A stretch of DNA of 63,481 bases, counting the filler, from Folioceros fuciformis (lineage: Eukaryota): assembly GCA_049999805.1 (NCBI GenBank). It is 5 parts of 5 records of this genome, joined end to end, with 100 filler letters (N's around TTAATTAATTAA, not from the genome) between each part and the next. Parts side by side here need not be neighbours in the genome. Positions count along the whole stretch, not along the records: positions 20,075 to 40,810 come from JBNGIO010005374.1; 4 more parts are not named here. One strand, 5' to 3'. Of the stretch, positions 25,330 to 38,037 are shown piece after piece. The notes beneath the pieces are model-generated. The model worked only from the letters and a program-made list of their open reading frames with translations, was not told the origin of the DNA and ran no database searches. A program made the translations under genes and the position numbers. The number at the start of each line of letters is the position of its first letter. Position 1 is the first letter of the stretch.

Positions 25330-28070
25330 GCAGACTTCATAGTACCTGAAGTTCGTCCGGATCCACAAACTTATGACGAGGCTGTTAATGTCCTTGATGG
25401 TTCTCATTGGCGTGCATCCATAGATGATGGATATGCTTCTCTCATCAAAAAAAACACTTGGGAACTTGTGGATTTGCCTGCAGGACGGAAACCTATTAGC
25501 TGCAAATGGCTGTTCAAAACAAAGTTGAAAGCAAATGGGACAATTGCCAGATACAAGTCTTGCCTGGTTGCTCATGGTTTCAATCAAATTCCTGGCATTG
25601 ACTATGGTGACATGTTTTCTCCAATGGTAAAGCCTCCCTTTGTTCGGATTCTCTTGGCGATGGCCACAGAGTATGATATGGAAGTTCAGCAAATGGACAT
25701 TTGTACTGCCTTTCTGCATGGAGAGCTGGAGGAGACTTTGTATATGCAACAACCACCAGGGTACATTAGTGCAGAGAATGCCAATAAAGTGTGCAAGCTG
25801 TAGAAAACGATTTATGGTCTTAAGCAGTCACCTCGAGCATGGTATAAGCGGATAATGAAGTATTTGCGCCAACTTGGCTTCCTGCAGTCTCTAGTAGACG
25901 CCAATGTCTTTTATTTTGCTGTTGATTCGCTGTTTGTCATCATTGCCCTGTATGTCGATGACTGTGTGCTTCTAAGCAACAGCCTTGATCAACTTCAGAA
26001 GGTGAAGGCTATGCTGCGTCAGGAGTTTGAGATAACTGACCAGGGTGATTTTCAGTTTTGCTTGGGTATCTAGATCATGAGCAACCGTTCTCATGGTCAG
26101 ATCATTTTGCATGAAACAAAGTATATTAAAGAGATTATGAAACGGTTTAATCTGGATGAGGCCCGACCAGTTGCCACTCCCTCTGCAGTGGGGGAGAAAC
26201 TTACCTCTTCTATGTCTCCTCACAGTGATTGTGAACTTGAGAACATGCAACTTGTTCCATATGCAGAGGCAGTTGGCTACCTGATCTTTTTGGCAAACTG
26301 GACACGACCTGATATCAGTTACTCTGTCTCGATTGTCTCCTAGTTCTTGAAGTCTCCTGGACGGCAGCACTGGGCAGCAGTTAAGAGGATTTACCGATAT
26401 CTTAGAGGCACCATTTCTTATGGTTGCAATACACCAGCAATGGGAGTAATAGGTGCGAACTTACCTCCTTTGCTGATGCTGACTGGGCCTTTGATGCCGA
26501 CACAAGGAAGAGTTTGTCTGCATACTGTTTTCTCTTGGCTTCTAGTACTATTAGTTGGAGCTACAAGAAGCAGACTTCCTTGGCACTTTTGTCCACTGAA
26601 GCTGAATATAAAGCTCTCACTGATGCCTGTAAAGAAGTTGAGTGGGGAAGATAGTTTCTGGAGTTAGTGAATCAAGCTCAAACAAATCCAACCCTGCTGC
26701 TATGTGACAATATGAGCGCAATTGCCCTTGTCTCCAACCCTAGGTTTCATGCTAGAACCAAGCATATAGAACTCTATCATCACTATATAAGGGATGCAGC
26801 TGAACGAGGCATAGTCAAGGTTGAGTATGTTAGCACACATTTAAATATTGTAGACATATTTACTAAAGGGCTCTCCAAAGCCAAACACTTTCAGCACATG
26901 GCTGCTTTAGGTCTCAGGGAGTTCAGCTATCCCTAGCCTGGCACACTGTCTATCTACTCTGCAGAATTGGTAGTGGCGTTCTCTAGGGTTCTGTGCACAC
27001 CACTTAACGAGGTCAGCACCTTGGTGGCTCATGCCACAACTTCAGTCAGGCCTCAAACTTCATGTGAAGTAGCCTTAGACATAGGACCACCCTGCACTGG
27101 TTATAGCCAGTTGTCAGCGACATGCCTATTTAGAGGATGAAGCTCAACAATAGTTCTAGACGTAAGCAGTGCATAGCTAGGTAGTTGTTTACTTATAGGG
27201 CAGAGCTTCTTGCCACACAAGGGGCACAACCTGCTCCTGTGAGCACAAACACCATAGTCTTTAGTAGCGTTATGTTTTGCCTTGTTTACCTTGATGTCGT
27301 CAAGAACGTTGTCAACAGCTATAGTAGCTCTTCTCACAGACTCATCTACTAGCCCTGCCTGGCCACCTTGGCCCTTTTTGTGTCCAGTAGTTTCTCCATC
27401 TCTGCAAGCGTTGCAAACATTGTCTCCACTTGGTCAGCTAGCAGGGGAGTAGTGGGAGGCCCTCCAAGAGCATGGGCTCTGCGATGAGGGATACTCGCCA
27501 CTTTGTCCTCCTTGTCAGTTGAGTTGGGCACAGGAGACAAGTTTGTGATGCTTGGCTTAGAAGCTCTGGAGGATTCTTGCAAATCCAGCTCTATCATTGG
27601 AACACTAGCAAGGCATCAAGGTAGGCCAGCAGGCGCTGAGGCGTTGGTCACAAGCGCAGGCGTCACAGCTGGAGTCACTCTTCTGGCTGTTGAGCGCCTA
27701 TGCTTATGTCCGTCTTCACAGCTGGAGCTGCTCACTCTCTTCTTGCTTGTGCGCCTAGGAGCCATGGTTGCTGAGGGGCTATGCGTCAAGCTTGAGCAAG
27801 TTCCCGTTTGTTGTCTTGCTACTGCAGCTCACGAATAAGAAGAGGGCACTATTTTTAAGAAGGCTGTAAACGAGGACTTGATGACTACACGTGGCTTAGT
27901 GGTGAGCTGTTAGAAGCATCGTTGGATAATGGCATCCCTTTTTAAACCTATAGTCGTATAAGCCATTTAGGTTTAGTGGGAGTGTTAGGGATGGAAACCC
28001 TAACATGACTTATACTACAATTAAGGAGTTAACTCAAAAGACACTCAAATATTTTTGTATTTAAGGACAC
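25330..28070 (+). mobile_element. Ty1/copia fragment (family C): RT-RNase H, ~1 kb 3' region with antisense ORF remnant, PPT, LTR start
   Basis: KWLFKTK, QMDICTAFLHG, LYVDD, FADADWA, RTKHIELYHHYIR; pol ends at 26936. PPT AGTGGGAG at 27975-27982 followed by TGTTAG. Confidence 0.9.
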
Positions 28071-28109
28071 TTGGTCCTTAACCAATTAATTGCTCTTTTC
28101 CTTTTGTGA

Positions 28110-28500
28110 GCATGCTTCCGCATATATTAGCAGATCTGGCCAGGGTGCGTACGCTATTCAGAAAGCAGATTGTGGACAAAAGGATGGCCACCGGGGGCGC
28201 ACCACAGCAAGTGGATTTACCAGGCCTGACTGCAGCCATGGTGCGGGCACAGGCACATACGCTGGACCACGCTGCCAAGGCGCTGACCTGGTTGAGCATG
28301 CAGGGGCAGAAGGAAGCGGAGGCATAGGTTAAGCTGGCTGAGGTAGAAGTGAGTCGATAGCAGTTGGAGGAGATTCGACAGACCCTAAGTGCAGCGAAGG
28401 AACAAGCGGAGGAAGAAAGCACGCCGAGCGTGAGAGGAGATGCAGACGCTGAAGGGACAACAGTAACTGCTCCTGGCTCAAGTCAAGGAGTGTGAATGGT
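28110..28500 (+). pseudogene. Fragment of the TE-associated coiled-coil ORF also present at 52364-53836
   Basis: VDLPGLTAAMVRAQAHTLDHAAKALTWLSMQGQKEAEA here versus VDLPGLTAAMVQAQVDLLDQGARALTWLSVQAEREAEA at 53 kb. Confidence 0.8.
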
Positions 28501-28539
28501 GTGCAAGATGTGGAGGTTGTGCAAGCGGTTGTTGCCAAA

Positions 28540-31500
28540 ACTAAATTAATAATGCAATATAAAATGTTTACAAAAATGTGTTTATATACTCATGACCTAG
28601 AGTCATGTTATTTCACTTCAACTAAACATATTTAATCTAAATTAAATATATACAACCGTAAGTATGACATAGCTTGTTATCTTAACACTCCCTCTCAAGC
28701 TTCACGCTTAGGTATCGGTTTGTCCAAAGAAGTCTCCACAAAACAAAACAAAACCAATTGTTCACCAGCGCCAATGATTCTCCATGCATGGGGTGTCCCC
28801 CACTCTGTGGTAGAAAACACATGTGCTAGCAGCATGGTTGCAGCATCTCTAAGTTTTGAATAAAAAACTCATGAACAAACAACTTGAAGATAAATAACTC
28901 ACAACTCATTGTCTGCATGTAGCTTCATCCATTGATTTATCTATTCTCCCATGTATTATGTGCCATTCACATATACTGAGTAATCACCCAGCCCTGAGCC
29001 ATCCATATGCTTATAGTGTTTTGGCTTTGAAAGTGCTTTGGTTAGAATGTTGGCCATATTATCATCTATTCCAAAAAAGCTAACCTTTGTTACCCCTCCA
29101 TCCACAGCAACCTTGATGTAGTGATGGGATATCTCTAAATGCTTGGTGCGTGCGTGGAAATAGGGGTTAGCAACCAAAGCAAGCATTGACATGTTGTCAC
29201 AAAGTATGGGGGTAGGGTCCTGTTGTGTCTGCCCTAAGTCTTGTAAAAACCTTCTCTTCCATTCAGCTTCCTTGGTGGCTTCAATGAGAGATTTATACTC
29301 TACCTCCGTTGAAGACAAAGATATAGAGGGTTGCTTCTTGCAACTCTAATTGATGGCAGCACCTGCAAGAAGAAAGCAATATGTGGAGAGGTTGCAACGG
29401 GAGTCAGCATCAGACGCCCAATCGGCATCTGTAAAACCTTGTAGAATGAGTTTAGCCTTGCCACTACGCTTATATATGAGCCCATGTGTCAAAGTGCCTT
29501 TTAAGTATTTAAAAATACGCTTGACGGCAACCCAATGAGCCCTACCCGAATGTTCTAGAAATTGCAACATTGTGCTTACAACATACTGAATATCAGGTCG
29601 AGTCCAATTTGCCACAAAAATGAGACTTCCGACTGCGTGTCTATATGGAACATCCTGCATATCCAACTGCTCCTCTCGGGTTTGCGCACATTGAAGACTA
29701 GTGAGCTTCACACCTGTAGCAGCTGGAGTAGTGGCTGGTCGTGCCTCATCCATATGAACGAGTTTTCCTTGTACTTGTTTGATCTTGATGTACTTGTTTT
29801 AATGTATGGCCATCACCCCATAAGCCCTCACCAACTGGATCCCTAAACAAAACTTCAAGTCACTAATATCCTTCATTTCAAATTTGTTAGATAAAAGCTG
29901 CTTGACATGTTCTAAAAGGGTCTTGTCATTTGTGTCTAATATTACATCATCAACATATACAGCCAAAATGACGTATGAGGAGCCTTGGGTAAGCATATGT
30001 ATATTGGAATCAGCAGTACTTTGTACAAAGTTGATTTCCAATAAGTAAACATGCATGGTAAAGTACCATACCCTACCAGATTGCTTGAGGCCATAAATAC
30101 ACTTGAGAAGTTTTAAAACTTTGTTGGGGTATTTAGAATCAACATACCTCTCAGGTTGTTGCATGTAAAGTTCCTCCTCAAGCTTGCCGTACAAATACGT
30201 TGTGCAAACATCCATTTCATGCAGATACAAATCATGTTCCGTTGCCATAGCAAGTAACATCCTAATGGATTGAGATCTAGCCACAGGGCTAAATGTCTCT
30301 TGATAATCTAGGCCTTCAACTTGTGTGAATCCCCTAGCAATGAGTCGAGATTTATAACGTGCTATCTCTCCTTTTGAGTTGAGCTTGTGCTTGAAAACCC
30401 ACTTGCATGAGATGGGTTTTCTGCCATGTGGCAAATCCACTAACTTCAAAGTATTGTTCTTGATCAAGGATTGATACTCATCCTCTACTGATATGCGCCA
30501 CTTATCACCACTAGAGCCAGATAGGGCTTGCTTCAAACTGATTGGCTCATCAGGCATGACAGCAACAAGTGATGTGGAAGTGTTGCGAAAATCTAGAGAC
30601 TCATAGGGGGGCTCCATCCACTCGGCTCTAGGTGGTCTTTGGCGGGTGGATCTAAGCAACTTGGGTTATGGTGGAACTTCTACAACCTGTGGCGGTATGA
30701 CGTCTTGCTCTAAAGCAGGTTCATGGTCATCTTGAATAAGGTCAGGAACTACATCTTCCATGAGAGGTTCAAGGTCATGTGCAAGGTCATGCTAGATATT
30801 TTGTGCATCTAAAACAGGCGGAGGGTTAGCTGGCAACTCATCATCTTGTGGATACACAGCAGGTACCTCATCAGTGTCCTGCTCATCATCATGATCAACT
30901 AATGGATGTGCTCCCTCTGCCATAGGATGTGCTCCCTCTACTAACGTTGCCAGTTCACCATGAGCATAGCTAGGTTCAATGAAAGTGACACTTCAAGCTA
31001 AGGTTAAAGAGTGAGTAACGGGATCATAAAGCTTGTATGCCTTGGCAGTCTCGCTGTATCCGACAAAAACAAGGGCCTTTGCTCTCATGTCAAGCTTCCT
31101 CCTCTTTTCGGAAGGGATATAAGCGAATGCCTTAGCTCCAAATACTCAAAGATGCTGTAAACTAAGTTTATGCTTCTAGAATACCTCATATGGTGTCCTT
31201 CCAGGTATAGCACTAGTGAGCACCCGATTAAGAATGTACGTCGCAGCAACTACAACCTCTGCCCAATACCCTTGAGGGAGACCTGCCCAAAGCAGCATAC
31301 TCCTTGTCATTCCTAACAGAGTTTGGTTCTTGCGTTCGGCAACTCCGTTCTGTTGTTGATTATAGGGTACAATCAGCTAACGCCGAATGCCATGTTGTGC
31401 AAGGTACTTGTCGAAAGCGGCGTTGACAAATTCTGTCCCATTGTCCGTGCACAGCATTCTAAGAAGATGACCAGACTGTCACTAGGCAACTAGCAACCAT

Positions 31501-31560
31501 TCCTGGAAACAAGTGAATGTATCACTCTTCAAATGCATAGGAAAGGTCCACGTATACCTA
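28540..31560 (-). mobile_element. Ty1/copia fragment (family D): integrase-RT-RNase H, PPT, partial LTR
   Basis: Integrase motifs TDNGTEF and QQQNGVAERKNQTL (~31310-31450), RT HEMDVCTTYLYG and VYVDD, RNase H FTDADWA and RTKHLEISHHYI. On the minus strand, PPT GAGAGGGAG at 28696-28688 is followed by TGTTAAGATA. Confidence 0.92.
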
Positions 31561-31946
31561 CCTCCATCCATAGCAATGAGGAACCCCATCGCTCCTTCAT
31601 GGGAACAAAACCCAATGTCTCAACGATAGTGGGATAAGTGTGGCCACTAAAGGTTGAACTTGTTGGCAACCAATGCCCGGGGATTTTCCGCCACACAAAT
31701 TCACCAGATATGGCTTACAAACCATTAGCCGAGCCTTTAGAATTAGCCACCTATAAAACCCTTCCTGAGCCCACATAAGAGGTTTTGATAGGTTTAGCAT
31801 CAATCCTCGATTTAGACTAGGGCCTATCAATAAGCACTTAGGTTGTTCCTAACAGAGCAACATTTGCATACTGTAACTCTAATTCTTCAGGCTCCTTCTA
31901 TAACACCATATCATGGCTCGAACTACTTTTACACAATCTAGTTCCA

Positions 31947-34900
31947 ATGTCCCTCCTCCTAGAAAAGAAATCAAGGACAGATAGATTAAATGAGACTAAC
32001 TATGCCACTTGGGAAATGAGGATGGCAGCCATCCTTAAAGAGCAGGAACTAATGGATATAGTTGATGGGACCCTGGCATGTCCTACCAATCCAAGCCCAG
32101 CACTAGCTGCTAGCACCCAAGCATCCTTAGATGTATCTACCTGGCATAAAAAGGATAAGAGGGCCAGAAACATCTTGCTTTCAGCCCTAGACAGAAATAT
32201 GATACCACATACACAAGGCCAAACAACAGTTGCTGCTGTTTGGTCAATTTTCAAGGAAATGTTCGTTGCCAAGGATCCTATGGCTCACCTCAATGCCACA
32301 AGGCAATTCTATACAATGAAAATAAAAGAGACGTATACCATCAAGCACCATGTGCATAGGTTTCGAATTCTTTGGGCCAGATTTGCTTCTGCAGACTCAA
32401 GAGGATCTAAAATTTTAGAACTTCAAGCTGCAGTTATCCTCCTTTCATCTCTCCTTGCAAGCTACCATACAATTGTGAGTACACAAGCTTCAGTATTAAG
32501 ACAAGCTATCAAATTAGCTGTTGGAGGCACTCTAGCCATTACGTTATCAAAGATTATTGGAGCTCTGATTAAAGAAGAATCTAGCCGTACGGGCATAGGC
32601 CGTGCCTCCTCTTCTCACCAAAGTCAACACGTCCTATACACTTCCAGAGGAAGAGGGCGAGGCAAAGGTGGTTTTTCGCCTAGAGCTTCATATAGTGGAA
32701 CTGGAACTAATTCCAATTCCAATTCTGAACACCGCAAGATCAAGAGCCCATGCAACTGGTGCCGTATTCTTGGACATTTTGAAAATGAATGCCACAAGAA
32801 GCAAGCATGAGAGGCTCAATGTCTTGCCGCAGAAACTCATGTGGTTAAATTAAATCCCAATGGCAAGTCACCTGCAATTTTAGCAGTATGCTTGTCACTT
32901 ACAAAGGCAGAGAAAACAATGTGGTATTTTGACTTAGGAGCAACTAACCACACCTATTAGTCCATAGAAATGTTTAGGTCATACTCCAAATTTGCAACCA
33001 ACCAGTTTGTGCTTTTAGGTGATGACAGTGGACTCTCCATTGAGGGACATGCGGAAGTCCAACTCAAACTCAATGGCAGACAACAAGCCATTTTGTCAGG
33101 AGTTTTACATGTTCCACAAATAAGTAAAAATTTGCTGTCAGTTCACAAACTTACTTCGAACATTCTCTGCAATTGACCTTCAGCCTAGGGTCCTGCACCC
33201 TTACACCTGCAAACCAGAATTCACTTGTGTTAGCAGTTGGTGTACCATATCATGGTCAATATAGTTTGCAAGTTATGCTTGAACCTATCCATAAAGCTAA
33301 TGTTGTTGATGCAAATTCAGGTGTCAATACTACCTTCCTTTGGCACTATCGGCTCTATCACCCTAGTCTAGCCTACTTATAGCAAATTCTTGAGCATCCA
33401 GAGCTATATAAAGATGGATTGTCTTTTGCTCTTGATGCCAACACGTTTTGTAAGAGCTGTCAATATGGTTAAATCTCACAAAAACCCTATAATGATCCTG
33501 AACCAATTAAGGCAACTTCTTTGCTGGAGGTCATCCATTCAGATATATGTGGTCCTATGTCCACTCAATCTTTTGCAGGAGCTATTTACTTCCTCTCCTT
33601 TACAGATGAATGGAGTTATTACTCCCATCTCTACTTTCTACAAAGCCGCCAGCAAACATATGCTAAGTTTGTGGAATACGTGGCCATGGTTGAAGCTCAA
33701 ATAGGATGCTTCATCAAGAGTTTTTGCGATGACAATGCTAATGAATATTTGAGCTTAGACTTCCATGAATCTGCAAGGCAAAAGGCATTATCCATCAGCT
33801 GACCATCCCATATCATCTGCCACATAATCCCTATGCAGAAAGATATAATAGGACCTTGCAAGAAAGGACGAGAGCAGCTCTTACTTTGGCTGGACTCACA
33901 CAAGGTTATTGGGCGGAAGCCGTTGACTCTATCAATTATGTATGCAACAAGCTACCTTTGAAACCATTTTATGACACCACACCTTTTGAAAGGTGGACTG
34001 GTCACAAGCCGCGTATCGACCACCTTAGGACTTTTGGTGCCATAGCTTATGCTTTCATACCAAAAGATAAACCCAAGAAGATGGACAACAAGCTACTAAG
34101 ATGTATTCATTGGATATTCAGACACTATTAAAGGATACAAGCTTTATAATCCATCTACTCGGGAGCTATCTATAGCTCTCAGCATCAGCTTCAATGAGTC
34201 TTACATCTTGCAGTCACATGAGAAATTAGCCTCTACATATGATACCTTACCAACAACTACTATCAATGGCCATTCACCAACATTGAGTAAATCCTCACTT
34301 AACAACAAAAACGATTACTTTCATACATACTATGAGCCAGAAGTGTTTGCTGATGTTGATGCACACTCAGATCCCACTGGTTATATTGAGCCTGCTGCCC
34401 CAGATGATGGAATTTTGGACCAACAGCCTCTAGATCATGCAGCACTTGAGCTTCCTCCACAACTTGAAGATCATTAGATGTTGCAATATTACCCGATGAT
34501 CTTGTTGAACATGTCCATGAAGAGGAAACTTTACCATTGCGACAATCTACAAGGACTCACAGACCTCGTTCAGCATGGTTAGAACTTCCCTATGAGCATG
34601 GTGATGTCTCTACATCCAAATCTATTGTTGCCTCTAATAGTGTTAGAGAAAGCCTGACACAAATGGCCAACCATATGGCCTTTGTTGTCATGGAACCTCC
34701 AAACACTCCTTTGTCCTACAAAGAGGCCCTTGCCTCACCACAACATACAAAATTGCAAAAGGCCATTCACCATGAGTATAAATCCTTGATTGATAATAAC
34801 ACTTGGAAGTTAGTCAAATTACCTCTAGGCCGCAAGGCCATAAATTCCAAATGGGTGTTTAAGCTAAAGCTAAATCCAGATGGTTATGTTGCCCGATATA

Positions 34901-37070
34901 AGGCATGCTTGATACACAATGCTTGCACGATATACACAAGTCTAAGGGCTGGACTACAAGGAGACATTCAGCCTTGTGGTCAAGCCTACCTCTATAAGGA
35001 TACTCGTATGCTATGCCATTCAGCACAAGTTACTTGTGCATTAGATGGACATCAAAACAGCGTTCTTGAATGGCCCCCTTGACGAAACAATCTTTATGAC
35101 TCAGCCATAAGGATATGTGCTTGATCTAGACTTGGTATGCGAGTTGCTGAAGTCCATTTATGGACTGAAACAATCAGCTTGTAAATGGAATGGCAAGGTT
35201 GATAAGAAACTTCAAGCTCTTGGATTTCAACCTCTTTTAGCAGATTGCAGCGTATATGTTATGCACACAGCCTAAGGATTATGTATTGTTGCCTTATATG
35301 TTGACGACAATTTCATATTTGCTAGCAGCAAGGGAATTTTAACACAAGTTAAATAGGACTTAGCTAAAGAATGGGATATGACTGCTGTAGGTCCCCTCAA
35401 GTTTGCTCTTGGCATCCAATTTCACTTCAACCCTGTGGATGCTTATGTGACCCTATATGAGGAGCAATTCATTAGGCAAATTCTCACTAAATTTCAGCTA
35501 CAAGGTATCAATCCTGTAGCTACCCCTGTTGCTACTAGAGAGAAATTATCCAAGCTTGTGGGGCAGTTAAGCACCCCATAGGCGGGGGAAACTACTCGGC
35601 CGCAAGGTAGATCAAGATTGTTCCCCCCTCAGCTTAGAAGCTAGCGTGCTCGCTATCTCCTTATTCAGTTGCTTATGTAACGCTTGTACCCATGTTGCAA
35701 CCTGAGCTATGGATAATTAGATTTTTTTCTTCATGAAATTTTTTTTTTTCCAAGTTTGATTGCCCTACAATTGAGGCTGAAAAAGATGAGATGTCACTTA
35801 CACCTTACCGCGAGGTGGTCGACAACTTGCTGTACCTTGCAGGATGGACATGTCCTGATATTTCACAAGCCACAAGCCTAGTCTTCTAGTACTTATCAAA
35901 CCCTGGCAAGCGACATTGGACGGCAGTCAAGCAAATAATGCGGCACCTTAAAGACACCAAACACCTATGCTTAAAATATTCACAGTGCAACCCAAAGGAT
36001 TTTACACTTAACTATTTCTCCAATGCTGATTGGGCTAGAGATATGGATGAGCGGAAATCTGTTGCCGCTTATTGCCCTCTCCTCCATGGTTTTGCAATAA
36101 CCTAGCAAAGCAAGAAACTGAGTACCATAAGCCTCTCCTCTACGGAGGCAAAATACAGTGCTTTGTCACTTGCAGCCCGTGAAATCAGTTGGATTTGGTA
36201 GTTTCTAGCAAAAATCAAAATCCCACAACTTGCACTAACATTATTATATTGCGACAACAATCTACAATTGCCCTTTCAACAAATCCAATCCTACACGCCA
36301 GATCTAAGCACATCGAGATACAGTTTCACTACATTCGACAGGTCGTGGAGCAAAAAGTCATTGCACTTATCTATGTACCAACAGCCAAAAACGTGGCTGA
36401 CCTGCTCACAAAGGGCTTGAGCAAGCAGATACATGAGCAGCACAAAGTTTTCTTTGGGACTAATTGATATGACTTATCTTCAACCTGTAGAAAGGCTTGC
36501 ACACACTTTGAACTTCATCCGTCATCCGGAAGCAGCAATTGATTTGCAACCTTGAAGATCAGCAACAACTCCTCCTCTATTACGGTGGCGCCCATACGGG
36601 CACCAGATTTGAAACTTCTCTTTTGCGCTGTAGGATCAGAGGATTTACTCCCAGACTTTGCAAGATGCAACTCTCTCTGGGCCCTTCTCCTTGCATCACT
36701 TGCATGTCACGTGCAATGGAGTTTTGGTATAAGGATCCAAGCCTTTGCAACAACGATTGTGGATGGCCGTGGTTTCACTGCCACGGCCGCTACGGAATGA
36801 GCGCAGCAGTATCGCTGTCTTAAGGATTATCTTAACCTGCCCCGCTTTGCTACTTAGTTAGGTCTGAGAGGGGGTATAGAAATAAGGCATTATTTATTAA
36901 TGCATCCCTAACTAATTACTATATTAGGCAGGGTTATTACTAAACATTATTACAAAATGATAGATTAAATTAGGGTAAATTTTCATGGAGGTTCATAATC
37001 GACACGTCGTATCAAACACTCTTGTTCACCACACACGATCTTCCTTTATTAATATGTTGTGCAATTCTCT
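31947..37070 (+). mobile_element. Near full-length decayed Ty1/copia (family A, copy 2): gag-protease-integrase-RT-RNase H, PPT, 3' LTR start
   Basis: Gag LNETNYATWEMRM, zinc knuckle CNWCRILGHFENEC, protease WYFDLGATNH, LWHYRLYH, integrase IHSDICGP, RT LYVDD, RNase H RSKHIEIQFHYIR. PPT at 36866-36874. Many stops and frameshifts. Confidence 0.93.
35559..35748 (+). mobile_element. 190-bp SINE-like insertion with T-tail and 10-bp target-site duplication inside the copia RT
   Basis: Flanked by TCCAAGCTTG (35549-35558) and TCCAAGTTTG (35749-35758). Removing it gives TREKLSK(L/F)DCPTIEAEKDEM, collinear with AREKLSVQDYPTSDEDKAEM in copy 1. Confidence 0.75.
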
Positions 37071-38037
37071 ATGAGTGCTTGCTCGACGTGTGAGCAGACT
37101 TAGAATTGTTTAAGGAAAAAGGAGATGGGATGAGACAACATATTTCGGTAAGCAAAGGAGGTCCGAGGTCCCTCTTAATTATCGCATGAGGGGTTTTATA
37201 CAAAAATTGGACTTTGTCGCGCCACCTAGTTGCATAGGTGGCATGGCCTCCCTTGGTTGCTCTTAGCCTAATTAAACAAAGATTCAATATCAAGACATAG
37301 TTAACCCTAGTATTTAATTATACTATGGTGCCTATGATGTTAGTGGTGCACACATCGTGATAGCGTAGGCCTTTGTGACTTCCAGCGCATCTGCCAATGT
37401 CCCTTAGCATCGCTAGACTTCAGGCCTTTGTGTTGAGTTATTGAGCTCTATATGAGCTAAACTCATGTGGTGTTAGTTATCCCAGTTGGGTTCATACTAG
37501 ACTAGTTCTAGTTATTAGTGAACTTAGGATAGTGTAGATTATCCCATATTGAACCTGGAAGTTGTGTAGCCCTAAATGTACTACTTAAATGGAGACCTCG
37601 GACCTCCATAGTAAGACAGTGGTGATGTGTATTGTTTTCATGGTTGTGATCACCAATACCACCCTCTCTTCTCTCCTCTCCTCTCCTACACTTGCACGTA
37701 GATTGGAGTCGATCCTATTGACACTTTGGCCAGCCCTTCTTCATGCCCAGTTCTTGCAACCAACCTTCTCCATTGACTCAATCATACCTAAGGCTTTTAC
37801 GATGAGTCTTGCCTCTACCCTTGGCTGCACCTAGTGCCTCTCTTACCCAGATCTGCATGATCCTCCCTTCATGGCCGCTGATGTCGGTTTATCAATTTTT
37901 TAATTACCCTTTATCAATAAATTCTTGTGTCGTTATGCCCTACATTTCATAATCATTTCTTCATCTAGTTGCTACTCGCCTTTTATTAGAGTTGTTTCTG
38001 TCAACAACACCTCTTAGCTCCAATGACTCAAGCGGTG

